Assembly: GCA_965250285.1 (NCBI GenBank)
Contig: OZ252299.1
Coordinates: forward strand, 2,944,001 to 3,008,000
DNA from: Myxococcota bacterium
GTDB taxonomy: Bacteria; Myxococcota_A; UBA9160; UBA4427
Reading direction: 5' to 3'
Length of the DNA: 64,000 nt
Position 1 is the stretch's first letter. Each line of letters starts with the position of its first letter. Position numbers and translations under genes: made by a program. The notes beneath the pieces were generated by a model. That model searched no databases, was not told the DNA's origin, and was given only the letters and a program-made list of their open reading frames with translations. Positions 26,134-36,205 of this stretch are shown in pieces.

Positions 26134-28806
26134 ATGAAGCAGTGGGCGGTGCTCGTCGGAGCACTGTGCGGATCGCTCGCGCTGCTGGGCCCACAGGCCG
26201 AGCTCGCCCGGGCCGACGTCGTCTTCGACGGAACGCTCGGGGCCCCCGGACCCGCGCCGACGCGCCCGCTCGACGGGCGCACCGACTTCATGATCGAGCA
26301 GAGCCGCGGCCTGCGCATCGCGTCGGGCGGCCGGGCGAACCTGTTCCACAGCTTCTCGACGTTCGACCTCGCCGCCGATCAGAGCGCGAGCTTCATGGCG
26401 ACCGACCCGGTCGACACGATCCTCGCTCGCGTGACGGGCGGCGACCCGACGACCATCGCCGGCCTGATCCGATCCGAGGTGCCCGGCGCCGATCTGTTCC
26501 TGATCAATCCGATGGGCATCACGCTCACCGAGACGGCGTCGCTCGATCTGCCCGCCTCGTTCATCGCCACCTCGGCCGACTTCATCGAGCTCGACGACGG
26601 CAGCGTCTTCCCCTCGACCGCGACCGTGCCGACCGTGACCGCCGCGGCGCCGAGCGCGTTCGGGTTTCTCGGCGGCGACGTCGCGGGAGCCCTCGTCATC
26701 GAGGGCGAACGCGCGCTGACGCTCGAGCGCGGCTCGACGTTCGCGCTGGTCGGCGGCGATGTGGGCGTGCGGGACGGATCTCGGGTGTTTGCGAGTGGCG
26801 GTCGCATCGACGTGGCCGCGGTGGGGAGCGCGGCCGTGGTCGTGCCCCTGAACGTGGGCGACTGGCATCCGCGGGCCGACGGCACGGCCGGGCTCGGCGA
26901 GGTGCGCGTCGATGGCTTCGAGGCCGAGCTGCACGCCTTCGACCTCGCCAACCCCAGCTCGAATCAGGGGCAGATCGTGGTCCGGGGCGGGGTCTTCGTC
27001 CTCGAGACGAGCTTTCTCCGGGCAGGAGGCGATGGCCCGGCCACGACCGCGATCGACATCGAGACCACCACCGGCGTCGAGGTCGACAACGCCGGGGTCC
27101 AGACCTTCGGCGCCGGCGCGGCCGGCGTCGGCGGCATCCGCGTCGACACCGACACGCTCTCGGTGTCGCAGGGATCGGTCTCGGGCATCGCGAGCCGCAA
27201 CGTCGGCACGGGCGCCGCCGGTCCCATCGAGATCACGGCGGGTCGCGTCGAAGTCCGCGCCGCCGGCCAGATCCAGAGCGATGCCGACGGCCCCGGGGAC
27301 GGCGCGCCCATCGTGATTCTGGCCGACGTGATCGAGCTCGATGGCGGCGCCGCGATCCAGACCGACACGACGAACGCCGGCCGGAGCGGCAGCGTCACGA
27401 TCGTCGCCGATCAGATCATCGCGACCGACCTGAGCGAGATCTCGAGCCGCACCGACGGGCTGGGCTTCGTCGGCAACGATGCGGGCGACGTCTCGATCAC
27501 CGCGCGGACGATGGAGCTGCGCTCCGGTGCGCGCGTCTCGGGCACGACGGACGGCAGCGGACGCGGCGCAGACATCGATCTCGACATCGAGGAGAGCCTG
27601 CTGCTCGATGGCGACTTCGTGATCGGCGGAGGCCCGGTGCTGCCGTCGGGCGTGTTTGCGCGCTCGGGCGTCGACGCCGGATCACCTGCGACCGGGGACG
27701 GCGGCGACGTGACCATCGACGCCGGTACGATGACGATCTCGAACGGCGCGCAGATCGCCGCGAGCCCGCGCGGTGAGGGCAACGCCGGCGCGATCACGAT
27801 CACGGTCGACGACACGTTCCAGATCTTCGGCGAGGGCCAGCTCCAATCGGGCGTCTTTGCGCAGGCCGTCGAGGGCGATGGCGGCGCGATCACCGTGACC
27901 GCGGACACGCTGTTGCTGAACGACGGCGCGCGCATCGAGTCGGCCGCGCTCTCGACGGGCAACGCGGGCGACATCACGCTCGTCGGCGAGACCATCGTCC
28001 TCGACGGCGACGTGCAGGTGAACGCGCGGTCCGAGTTCGAGGGTGCGGCCGGCGACGTCACGCTCCGGGGCGACACGATCCGAGTCGCCAACGGCGCGCG
28101 GATCCTGTCACTGACCGAAGCAGATGGCGCGGCCGGCAACATCAACTTCGAACAGGGCGACGTCGTCCTGGAGAGCGGCGCGACGGTCGACGCCGAGTCG
28201 CTCGGGACGCAGCCGGCCGGCAACGTCAGCTTCAACGCGGCGTCGGTGCGCATCGGCGACGCGGCGCGGGTGTCGACGCAGTCGGTGGTCAGCCAGGGCG
28301 GCAACGTCGACGTCGACGTGAGCGGGACCTTCGCCGTCGATCCCGGCGGCGTGGTCATCACCGACGTGCGCGGCCCCACCGGCGGCGGCGGAGACGTCAT
28401 CGTGCGCGCCGAGTCGGTCGTGATCAACGATGCCACCGTGACGGCGAACGCCAACGCCGTCGACGCCGAGGCCGGCAACCTCTTCTTCCAGGTGCGCGGC
28501 GGCTATTTCGAGTCGACGAACGCGACGGTCACGGCGAACAACCCGCAGGGCGTCGACGGCACGGTGGTCATCGATGGTCCGGTCGACCAGGTCGTCGGCG
28601 ACCTCGTCTCGCTCGACGGCGACTTCTCGGACGCCTCGGACCAGCTCGAGACACCCTGCGTCGCCCGAGGTAGCGCGAGCGGCAGCTTCTCGGTGCAGCG
28701 CGAGCGCGCGCCGCCGCCCCCACCCGACCAGCACCTCGACCCGGCCGCGCCGTCGAGCGGCCCCGAGTTCGACCCGGGTCAGGGCCGCTGCGAGACCGCG
28801 CGATGA
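26134..28806 (+). CDS. Filamentous-haemagglutinin-type TpsA exoprotein (TPS domain + beta-helix repeats)
   Basis: Signal peptide; NLFHSFSTF, ILARVTGG, LFLINPMGI (NPNG-like); repeated G.GG.I.I.A units. Confidence 0.9.
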   Translation: MKQWAVLVGALCGSLALLGPQAELARADVVFDGTLGAPGPAPTRPLDGRTDFMIEQSRGLRIASGGRANLFHSFSTFDLAADQSASFMATDPVDTILARVTGGDPTTIAGLIRSEVPGADLFLINPMGITLTETASLDLPASFIATSADFIELDDGSVFPSTATVPTVTAAAPSAFGFLGGDVAGALVIEGERALTLERGSTFALVGGDVGVRDGSRVFASGGRIDVAAVGSAAVVVPLNVGDWHPRADGTAGLGEVRVDGFEAELHAFDLANPSSNQGQIVVRGGVFVLETSFLRAGGDGPATTAIDIETTTGVEVDNAGVQTFGAGAAGVGGIRVDTDTLSVSQGSVSGIASRNVGTGAAGPIEITAGRVEVRAAGQIQSDADGPGDGAPIVILADVIELDGGAAIQTDTTNAGRSGSVTIVADQIIATDLSEISSRTDGLGFVGNDAGDVSITARTMELRSGARVSGTTDGSGRGADIDLDIEESLLLDGDFVIGGGPVLPSGVFARSGVDAGSPATGDGGDVTIDAGTMTISNGAQIAASPRGEGNAGAITITVDDTFQIFGEGQLQSGVFAQAVEGDGGAITVTADTLLLNDGARIESAALSTGNAGDITLVGETIVLDGDVQVNARSEFEGAAGDVTLRGDTIRVANGARILSLTEADGAAGNINFEQGDVVLESGATVDAESLGTQPAGNVSFNAASVRIGDAARVSTQSVVSQGGNVDVDVSGTFAVDPGGVVITDVRGPTGGGGDVIVRAESVVINDATVTANANAVDAEAGNLFFQVRGGYFESTNATVTANNPQGVDGTVVIDGPVDQVVGDLVSLDGDFSDASDQLETPCVARGSASGSFSVQRERAPPPPPDQHLDPAAPSSGPEFDPGQGRCETAR

Positions 28807-30506
28807 GCGCGCATCGCCTCACCCGATGCTCGGCCGGATGGGCGGCGATCGCGCTGCTCGTGCTCGCCCCGTCGCCGGCGTCGGCGCAGGATCTGGGCGT
28901 CGATCCGGGCGAGGTCCGCCCCACCCTGCCCGCGCCGCAGGCGCCGGGCGAGACCGACCTCACCCTGCCCCCCCTCGAACAGGGGCCCGTCGATCGGCCG
29001 GGCGAGCTCGCCGTGCCCATCGAGCGCGTCGTCGTCACCGGGAGCACGGTCTTCAGCGACGCCGAGATCGCCCGCGCGCTCGAGCCCTTCGTCGGCCGCC
29101 CGATGACGTCGGCCGATCTCACCGCGGCGCGCGATGCGCTCACCCACCTCTATGTCGATCACGGCTACGTGACCTCGGGCGCCGTCGTGCCCGATCAGCA
29201 GATCACCGCCGGCACGCTCACCCTTCACGTCATCGAAGGCGCCGTGAGTGAGATCGAGATCGAAGGCAACGACCGCATCCGCGATGCGTACCTTGCGCCC
29301 AGGCTGCGCGCGGCGACCCGCGCACCGGTGCAGCTCGGTCGCGTGCGCGAGACGCTTCGAAGACTGCAGAACAATCGCTACATCGAACGGATCGATGCAC
29401 ACCTCGAGCCGGGCGCACGACGCGGCGAGAGCAGACTCGTCGTCACGGTGCACGAAGCGGCTCAGTGGGCGCTCGCCCTCGAAGTCGCGAATGACCGGTC
29501 GCCCACCGTCGGCAGCACCGGCATCGCGGGCGACGGGACGATCGCGAACGTGATCGGCGTCAACGACGTCTGGCGGCTGCGCGTGCAGGCGACGCGGGGT
29601 GTCCTCGACATCGACGCGCGCTTCGAGGTTCCGATCACGCGGTTCGACACGATCTTTCGCTTCGAGCTGCGAGATACACACATCGAAGTCGTCGAAGACC
29701 CGTTCGACGTGCTCGACATCGAAGCCGAGGGCCGTCGCTACGGCCTCTCGATCTTCCATCCGCTCCTCCGCCGAGGCGATCACTCGCTGTGGCTCCAGCT
29801 GACGGGTGAGTACGAGCAGCAATCGTCGACGGTGCTCGGCCTGCCCTTCTGCTTCGAGCTCTTCCTCGAAGACTGCGACGAGCCGACCATCGCCGCGCTG
29901 CGCGGGGGGCTGCAGTACACGTGGACCACACAGCGCAACGTCGTCTCGGCCCGCGCGCTGTTCTCGGGCGGGCTGCCGATCCTCGGCGCAACGACCGGCG
30001 TGCCAAAAGATCGCCCCGATGGCCAGTTCTTCGTCTGGCTCGGACAGACCCAGTGGGCCCACGTGCTCCCCGACGCCGCTCTGCGCTCGACGCTCCTGCT
30101 TCGCGGTGACCTGCAGCTCGCCAACGATGCGCTGCTCGGCCTCGAGAAGATCGCGATCGGGGGGCGCCGCACCGTGCGGGGCCACCGAGAGAACCAGCTG
30201 GTTCGCGACAACGGCGCCGTGTTGTCGGGCGAGGTCCGCGTGCCCGTCTGGCGCACCTCGCTCGATCGACCCGTGCTCGAGCTCGTGCCGTTCATCGACT
30301 GGGGCTATGCGTGGAACAACGGCATCGACCCGCCGCAGAATCAGCTCTGGAGCATCGGCGCGGGGTTCCGCTTCATGCCGTGGAAGGGGACGCTCGGCGA
30401 GTTCTACTGGGGCAGCCACATCGACACGAAGCGTGACCGAAAGACGGACCTGCAGGATTACGGGATCTCGTTCAGGGTGAGGATCGATGCGCCTGAAGTG
30501 TTCTAG
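28803..30506 (+). CDS. TpsB outer-membrane transporter (ShlB/FhaC/HecB family)
   Basis: POTRA motifs (YVDHGYVTSGA, VIEG), IGGRRTVRGHRENQLVRDNG (VRGY-like loop), C-terminal Phe; ATGA overlap with tpsA. Confidence 0.92.
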   Translation: MSAHRLTRCSAGWAAIALLVLAPSPASAQDLGVDPGEVRPTLPAPQAPGETDLTLPPLEQGPVDRPGELAVPIERVVVTGSTVFSDAEIARALEPFVGRPMTSADLTAARDALTHLYVDHGYVTSGAVVPDQQITAGTLTLHVIEGAVSEIEIEGNDRIRDAYLAPRLRAATRAPVQLGRVRETLRRLQNNRYIERIDAHLEPGARRGESRLVVTVHEAAQWALALEVANDRSPTVGSTGIAGDGTIANVIGVNDVWRLRVQATRGVLDIDARFEVPITRFDTIFRFELRDTHIEVVEDPFDVLDIEAEGRRYGLSIFHPLLRRGDHSLWLQLTGEYEQQSSTVLGLPFCFELFLEDCDEPTIAALRGGLQYTWTTQRNVVSARALFSGGLPILGATTGVPKDRPDGQFFVWLGQTQWAHVLPDAALRSTLLLRGDLQLANDALLGLEKIAIGGRRTVRGHRENQLVRDNGAVLSGEVRVPVWRTSLDRPVLELVPFIDWGYAWNNGIDPPQNQLWSIGAGFRFMPWKGTLGEFYWGSHIDTKRDRKTDLQDYGISFRVRIDAPEVF

Positions 30507-32388
30507 CTGCGCCTTGGCCACGACCGGCGCGTTGGCGTTCCTGCTGGGAGCGGCCGGCGGCGCGTACGCCCAGGACGCGGCCGCGACCGATGCCGAAGTC
30601 GCGATCGAACGCAGCGAGCGCACGGCGGCCCCGGCCGAACCGGATTCGGCAGCGGCACGCACCGCGCTCTACGACGAAGCCAACGCGGTGCGAGACCGCA
30701 TCGAAGCGAACCAGGTCGAGGGCGCGCAGGCGACGCTCGGAGCGCTCGCCGAACGCATCGACACCCTCGCCCGCCTGAGCGACCGAGCCCACGTCGCGAT
30801 CCATCTCGGCCGCAGCGAGATCGAGCTCGGCGATCGCCAGCCAGCCGCCGCGCGCGATCAGAGCCGCCTGCGCGCAGCCCGCCTCTTCGCCCGCGCCGCG
30901 GCCGACGCCGAAGAGTGTGACGATGCCCGCCTCGCCGCCTATGCCTGGGGCTACCTCGCCGAACCCTATCTCGACGCGGGGCGGATGGGCGACGCCCGCG
31001 TCGCCACCGAGCGGGCCATCGAGTACGCCGCCCTCGCGGCCGCCCCGGATGCCGAGTACCGATTTCTCGCTCAGCTGGGGGCGATCTTTCGCCGCGAGGG
31101 CGACCTCGACGCCGCGATCGCGGCCGACCGGCGCGCGGTCGCCATCGTGGCGCGGCTGAGCGAAGACCTCGCGTCCGACTCGTTGGCCGCTTCGTTTGCC
31201 TTCCGCGAGCAGGTCGAGCCGGTGTACACGTCGCTCGTCGACGCCCTGCTCGCGCGCGCGGCCCAGTCGACGCCCGAGACGGCGCAGCCGCTGCTGCGCG
31301 AAGCGCGCGACACGCTCGAAGCGCTGAAGACGGCCGAGCTGCGCGATCACTACGGCGACGACTGCCTGGCTTCGCAGCAGCGCGTCGCGACCGACGATCT
31401 GCCCGGGGCGGTCGTGCTCTACCCGGTGATCCTCCCCGACCGGGTCGAGCTGATCGTCGGGGCGGACGGCGTGCTGAGCCTGCACCGATCGCCGATGCCG
31501 CCCGACGCGCTCGACGCACAGGTGGGCCAGATGCGCCGCTTCGTCGCCTCGGCCATGACCCGCCGCTACCTGCGACCGGCGGCGGCGCTCTACGCCGGGC
31601 TGATCGCCCCCATTGCCGACCGACTCGACGACGCCGACGTGCTCGTGGTCGTGCCCGGTGGCGCGCTGCGGACGATCCCCTTCAGCGCGCTCTACGACGA
31701 AGCCCGCTCGGCGCACTTGATCGAGGACATCGCGGTCGTCACGAGCCCGGGGCTCTCGCTCACCGAGCCGCGCCCCTTCAGCGGCAAGGACACGCCGGTG
31801 CTCGCGGCCGGGCTCAGCGAGGCGCGCCTCGGCTTCAGCGCCCTTCCGAGCGTCGACACCGAGATCGAAGGCATCGCGGCGAGCTTCCCGACCACCGAGC
31901 TGATGAACAGCGCGCTCACCGGCGAGCGGCTCGACGGTGAGGTGGCGAGCCAGGCCGTGGGGGTCGTGCACATCGCGACCCACGCCGAGTTCGACGCCGA
32001 CGCCTCGCAGAGCTTCATCGTGACGTGGGACGAGAAGCTGCCGATGGACGCCTTCGCCGCGACCATCGCGCGCACCGCACGGCGCAACGCCGCCCCGCTC
32101 GAGCTGCTCGTGCTCTCGGCGTGCGAGACCGCGGCCGGAGACGAGCAGGCCGCACTCGGGCTCGCCGGCATCGCGATTCAATCCGGGGCGCGCAGCGCCG
32201 TCGCGTCGCTGTGGAGCGTGAACGACCGGGCCACCCAGCAGCTGATCGACCGCTTCTACCGTCAGCTCGCCACCGGCCAGTCCCGGGCCGAATCGCTTCG
32301 CAGCGCGCAGCGCGCGCTCATCGCCGACGACACGTTCTCGCATCCAGCCTTCTGGTCGTCGTTCCTGCTGATCAGCAGCTGGCTCTGA
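30487..32388 (+). CDS. Exported TPR-CHAT (clan CD, caspase-related) protease
   Basis: Signal peptide ending AYA|Q; TPR region; VVPGGAL..IPF.AL, HIATHA (His 31981), LVLSACETA (Cys 32122), ASLWSVND, HPAFWSSF. Confidence 0.92.
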   Translation: MRLKCSSCALATTGALAFLLGAAGGAYAQDAAATDAEVAIERSERTAAPAEPDSAAARTALYDEANAVRDRIEANQVEGAQATLGALAERIDTLARLSDRAHVAIHLGRSEIELGDRQPAAARDQSRLRAARLFARAAADAEECDDARLAAYAWGYLAEPYLDAGRMGDARVATERAIEYAALAAAPDAEYRFLAQLGAIFRREGDLDAAIAADRRAVAIVARLSEDLASDSLAASFAFREQVEPVYTSLVDALLARAAQSTPETAQPLLREARDTLEALKTAELRDHYGDDCLASQQRVATDDLPGAVVLYPVILPDRVELIVGADGVLSLHRSPMPPDALDAQVGQMRRFVASAMTRRYLRPAAALYAGLIAPIADRLDDADVLVVVPGGALRTIPFSALYDEARSAHLIEDIAVVTSPGLSLTEPRPFSGKDTPVLAAGLSEARLGFSALPSVDTEIEGIAASFPTTELMNSALTGERLDGEVASQAVGVVHIATHAEFDADASQSFIVTWDEKLPMDAFAATIARTARRNAAPLELLVLSACETAAGDEQAALGLAGIAIQSGARSAVASLWSVNDRATQQLIDRFYRQLATGQSRAESLRSAQRALIADDTFSHPAFWSSFLLISSWL

Positions 32389-32433
32389 GTCGCCATCCAG
32401 CGCGACCCCCTCGGGGCAAGGGCGGCTGGGCCG

Positions 32434-32462
32434 TCGACAGATACGATACGGATCGTTACGTT
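32434..32462 (+). promoter_or_regulatory. Sigma70-like promoter with operator copy 1, upstream of the ipdA operon
   Basis: TCGACA-17nt-TACGTT; ACGATACG-GAT-CGTTACGT at 32443-32461. Confidence 0.6.
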
Positions 32463-32709
32463 ATTCGGCGGCGTCTCGGTCGACCGAGGTGCCTCTCGAG
32501 CCGACGAGATCCCCCCGGTCGTCCAGATTCTGGATCCGCCGATCTCGCGGGCCCGAGCGCAACGCCCCCATGCCCGCCGGCCACCCTGCCCCCTACGCTT
32601 CGCTTGGCGAGGGGAGCCGAGGCCGCCGCGCCCGAGCCTCCGCACCCGGCGGATCCGCCGCACCGGCGGACCGACCGTGCGTCGGCGGTCTGCCATAGAG
32701 GAAGCACGA

Positions 32710-33558
32710 GTGGACAAGCGCACGACCGAGCGCGACGCGGTCGCCGAGCTGCGTGATGGGATGACCATCGGCATCGGCGGCTGGGGCTCGCGGCGAAAGC
32801 CGATGAGCATCGTTCGCGAGATCCTCCGCACCGATCTCAAGGACCTGACCGTCGTGACCTACGGCGGCCCCGATGCCGGCCTGCTCTGCGCGTTCGGCCG
32901 CGTGAAGAAGCTGATCTACGGCTTCGTCTCGCTCGACTCGATCCCGCTCGAGCCCCACTTTCGAAAGGCCCGCCAAGCCGGCAGCTTCGAAGCGGCCGAG
33001 CTCGACGAGGGCATGCTGCAGTGGGGCCTGCTCGCGGCCGCCCACCGCCTGCCCTTCCTGCCCACGCGCGCCGGCCTCGGCAGCGACGTGCCCGCGATCA
33101 ATTCGGTGCTGAAGACGGTGACCTCACCCTACGACGACGGCGAAGAGCTGCTGGCGATGCCCGCCCTCGATCTCGACGTGGCGTTCATCCACATGAACCG
33201 CGCCGACGAGAAGGGCAACGGCCAGTTCCTCGGCCCCGACCTGTACTTCGACGACCTGTTCTGTCTCGCCGCCGAGAAGCGCTTCATGACGTGCGAGGAG
33301 ATCATCCCGACCGAAGACTTCGCGAAGCACGGCTCGATCCACACGATGAAGATCAATCGCATGATGATCGACGGCGTGATCGAGGCACCCGGCGGCGCGC
33401 ATTTCACCGAGTGCCCGCCCGACTACGCGCGCGACGAGAAGTTCCAGAAGGAGTACGCCGCGACGGCCAAGGACGAGGCCGCGTGGGACGCCTTCGTGAA
33501 GACGTACCTGCAGTGCGCCGACGAGTTCGAGTACCAGAAGGTGGTGAAGGCCCGATGA
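32710..33558 (+). CDS. ipdA: CoA-transferase-fold steroid ring-C hydrolase, alpha subunit
   Basis: GMTIGIGGWGSRRKPM, YGGPD.GLLC, YGFVSLDS, LPFLPTRAGLGSD, GPDLYFDDLF; GTG 32710. Confidence 0.88.
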   Translation: MDKRTTERDAVAELRDGMTIGIGGWGSRRKPMSIVREILRTDLKDLTVVTYGGPDAGLLCAFGRVKKLIYGFVSLDSIPLEPHFRKARQAGSFEAAELDEGMLQWGLLAAAHRLPFLPTRAGLGSDVPAINSVLKTVTSPYDDGEELLAMPALDLDVAFIHMNRADEKGNGQFLGPDLYFDDLFCLAAEKRFMTCEEIIPTEDFAKHGSIHTMKINRMMIDGVIEAPGGAHFTECPPDYARDEKFQKEYAATAKDEAAWDAFVKTYLQCADEFEYQKVVKAR

Positions 33559-34313
33559 GCGAAGCAACCCGAGCAGAAGTGTGTGCGGTGGCGGTCGCGG
33601 AGGCCTTTCGCGGCGACGGCGAGATTCTGGCGAGCTCGTTCGGCACGGTTCCGGCGGTCGGAGCGCGGCTCGCGCGCATGACGTTCGAGCCCGATCTGCT
33701 GATGACCGACGGCATCGCGACGGTGCTCGAGAGCGTCGACCCCGTGTCGGGGCCGAAGCCCGAGCCGGTCTACGGCGCGTGGATGAACTTTCGCACCGTG
33801 TTCGACGTGGTGTGGTCGGGCACCCGGCATGTCGTCATGATCGCGAGCCAGATCGATCGCTTCGGCAATCAGAATTTCGCCTGCATCGGCCCGCACGCGA
33901 AGCCGAAGGCCCAGCTCCTCGGCATGCGCGGTGCGCCGGGCAACACGATCAACCACAAGACCAGCTACTGGGTGCCGAACCACAGCGTCAAGACGTTCGT
34001 CGAAAAGGTCGACTGCGTGTCGGGCGTCGGCAACGATCGCGCGAAGGCGCTCGGCGACGCCGGCTCGCGCTTCCACGACCTGCGATACGTCGTGTCGAAC
34101 CTCGGCGTATTCGACTTCGACACGCCGGGGGGCGCGATGCGGCTCGTGTCGGTGCACCCCGGCGTGACCGTCGAAGAGGTCGTCGAGCAGACCGGCTTCG
34201 AGCTGGCGATGGCCGACGAGATCAAGGAGAGCCGTCTGCCGACGGAAGAAGAGCTGAAGATCATGCGCGACTTCCTCGACCCCGAGTCGACGATGGCGCG
34301 CGAAGTCAGCTAG
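33555..34313 (+). CDS. ipdB: Steroid ring-C hydrolase, beta subunit
   Basis: ATRAEVC..A.AEAFRGDGEILAS, QLLGMRGAPGNTINH.TSYWVPNH; ATGA overlap with ipdA. Confidence 0.88.
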   Translation: MSEATRAEVCAVAVAEAFRGDGEILASSFGTVPAVGARLARMTFEPDLLMTDGIATVLESVDPVSGPKPEPVYGAWMNFRTVFDVVWSGTRHVVMIASQIDRFGNQNFACIGPHAKPKAQLLGMRGAPGNTINHKTSYWVPNHSVKTFVEKVDCVSGVGNDRAKALGDAGSRFHDLRYVVSNLGVFDFDTPGGAMRLVSVHPGVTVEEVVEQTGFELAMADEIKESRLPTEEELKIMRDFLDPESTMAREVS

Positions 34314-34322
34314 AGGGCCGCC

Positions 34323-35381
34323 GTGCACGACGCGCTGCATACCCGCATCTGTGACCTGCTCGGGATCGAATACCCGATCATCCAGACCGGCATGGGCTGG
34401 GTGGCCGAGCCCGAGCTCGTCGCCGCGGTCAGCAACGCCGGCGCGATCGGCTTTCTCGCCGCCGCGACGATCCCACCCGACGAGGTCGAGGCGGCGATCG
34501 AGCGGGTCAAAGCCCTCACCGACCGCCCCTTCGGCGTGAACTTCCTGATGGACGCGCCCGGCGCCGACGTGATCACCGAGGCGATCCTGCGCCAGGGCGT
34601 GCGCGCAGCCGGCTACAACCGTGCGCCCTCGGCCGAGCTCATCGGCAAGTTGAAGGACGGCGGCGTCGTCTGCGTGCCGACCTGCGGCGCCGTCAAGCAC
34701 GCCGTGAAGGCCGAGAAGCTCGGCGCAGACATCATCATCGTGCAGGGCGGCGAAGGCGGGGGCCACACCGGCAGCGTCCCCACCTCGCTGCTCGTGCCTG
34801 GCGCCGTCGACGCGGTGAACGTGCCCATCGTCGGGGCGGGCGGGTTCTTCGACGGTCGCGGGCTCGTCTCGGCGCTCGCGTATGGCGCCGCCGGCGTCGC
34901 GATGGGCACCCGCTTCCTGCTGACGGCCGAGAGTCCGGTGCCCGATGTGACCACCGACCGCTACCTCGCGGCCGACGTCAGCGACGTGTTCGTCACGAGC
35001 GAGGTCGACGGCATGCCCCAGCGCGTCGTCGGCAACGAGCTCGTGCGCAAGCTCGAGACGCGCGGGCCCCTGGGCCGACTGGTCTTCGCGCTCGGCAACG
35101 CGATGGAGCTGCGCAAGACGACGGGGGCGACGATCCCCGAGCTGCTGCGCAGCGGCCTCGCGATGCGCAAGAACGAGCGGCTCACGCGATCGCAGCTGCT
35201 GATGGCGGCGAATGCCCCGATGCTCGCGAAGAAGGCGATGAACGACGGCGACCCGGTGAATGGCTACCTGCCGAGCGGCTCGGTGGCGGGGGCGATCGGC
35301 GACCGACCGCCGGCGGGCGACGTCGTCGAGCGCATCGTCGCCGAGGCCGAAGAGACCCTCGCACGCCTCGACGCCCGCTGA
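34323..35381 (+). CDS. ipdC: Nitronate-monooxygenase-family flavoprotein (IpdC-like)
   Basis: PIIQTGMGWVA, QGGEGGGHTG, AGGFFDGRGL, QLLMAANAPML; operon context. Confidence 0.82.
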   Translation: MHDALHTRICDLLGIEYPIIQTGMGWVAEPELVAAVSNAGAIGFLAAATIPPDEVEAAIERVKALTDRPFGVNFLMDAPGADVITEAILRQGVRAAGYNRAPSAELIGKLKDGGVVCVPTCGAVKHAVKAEKLGADIIIVQGGEGGGHTGSVPTSLLVPGAVDAVNVPIVGAGGFFDGRGLVSALAYGAAGVAMGTRFLLTAESPVPDVTTDRYLAADVSDVFVTSEVDGMPQRVVGNELVRKLETRGPLGRLVFALGNAMELRKTTGATIPELLRSGLAMRKNERLTRSQLLMAANAPMLAKKAMNDGDPVNGYLPSGSVAGAIGDRPPAGDVVERIVAEAEETLARLDAR

Positions 35382-35417
35382 CCCGAACAGGACGACTCGT
35401 CGTCCACGGAGTGCCCC

Positions 35418-36170
35418 ATGGCCATCGAAACGAACATCGAAGACGGCGTCGGCGAGGTGGTGATCAACAACCCCCCCGTGAACGCCCTCGACAGCCGGGG
35501 CTGGTTCGACTTCGCGGCCGCGGTGCGCGAGATGGGCGAGCGGGGCGACGTGCACTGCGTCGTGGTGCGCGCCGAGGGCAAGGGCTTTCAGGCCGGCGTC
35601 GACATCAAGGAGCTGGCCGCCGACGGTACGAAGATCGTCGACGTGAACCGCGGCTGCTACGACAGCTTCGCCGCCGTCTACGACTGTCCGGTGCCGGTGA
35701 TCTCGGCGGTGAACGGCTTCTGCCTCGGCGGCGGCATCGGCATCAGCGGCGCGAGCGACATCGTGATCGCGGCCGACGACGCGACGTTCTCGCTGCCCGA
35801 GATCGACCGTGGGGCCCTCGGCGCAGCGACCCACCTGATGCGCCTCTTCGGCATGCAGAAGACCCGCTACATGCTCTACACCGGCGAGGCGATCGACGCC
35901 GAAGAGGCGCTGCGCCTCGGCGGCATCGAGCGCATCGTGCCCCGCGCCGAGCTGCGCGACGAGGCGATGAAGATGGCGCGCGTCATCGCGAGCAAGAGCC
36001 CGAAGGCGCTTCGCCTGGCCAAGTGGTCGCTCAACGGCATCGAGCTGCTCGACATCAAGAAGAGCTACCGGTTCGAGCAGGGCTTCACGCTCGAGCTCTA
36101 CACGTCGCCCGACAGCCAGGAAGCGCGTGACGCCTTCGTCGAGAAGCGCGACGCGAGCTTCGACGGCTGA
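35418..36170 (+). CDS. echA20: Enoyl-CoA hydratase, steroid ring D (EchA20-like)
   Basis: PPVNAL...GW, GVDIKE, LPEIDRGALGAATHL, SYRFEQGFT.EL. Confidence 0.85.
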   Translation: MAIETNIEDGVGEVVINNPPVNALDSRGWFDFAAAVREMGERGDVHCVVVRAEGKGFQAGVDIKELAADGTKIVDVNRGCYDSFAAVYDCPVPVISAVNGFCLGGGIGISGASDIVIAADDATFSLPEIDRGALGAATHLMRLFGMQKTRYMLYTGEAIDAEEALRLGGIERIVPRAELRDEAMKMARVIASKSPKALRLAKWSLNGIELLDIKKSYRFEQGFTLELYTSPDSQEARDAFVEKRDASFDG

Positions 36171-36205
36171 ACGCCCCCTCCCCTTCCAACACGCGGAACC
36201 CGAAC

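Noticed and set aside
26134..30506. Contact-dependent inhibition (CdiAB) system
   Set aside because: TpsA is only 890 aa, with no VENN/pre-toxin or toxin region and no immunity gene.
17748..32388. Type III-E CRISPR (Craspase) locus
   Set aside because: TPR-CHAT and an ECF sigma are present, but there is no Cas7-11, no array, and the CHAT has an export signal.
32463..32709. Riboswitch in the long leader before ipdA
   Set aside because: GC hairpins are present, but I could not match any known aptamer; an Rfam search would be needed.
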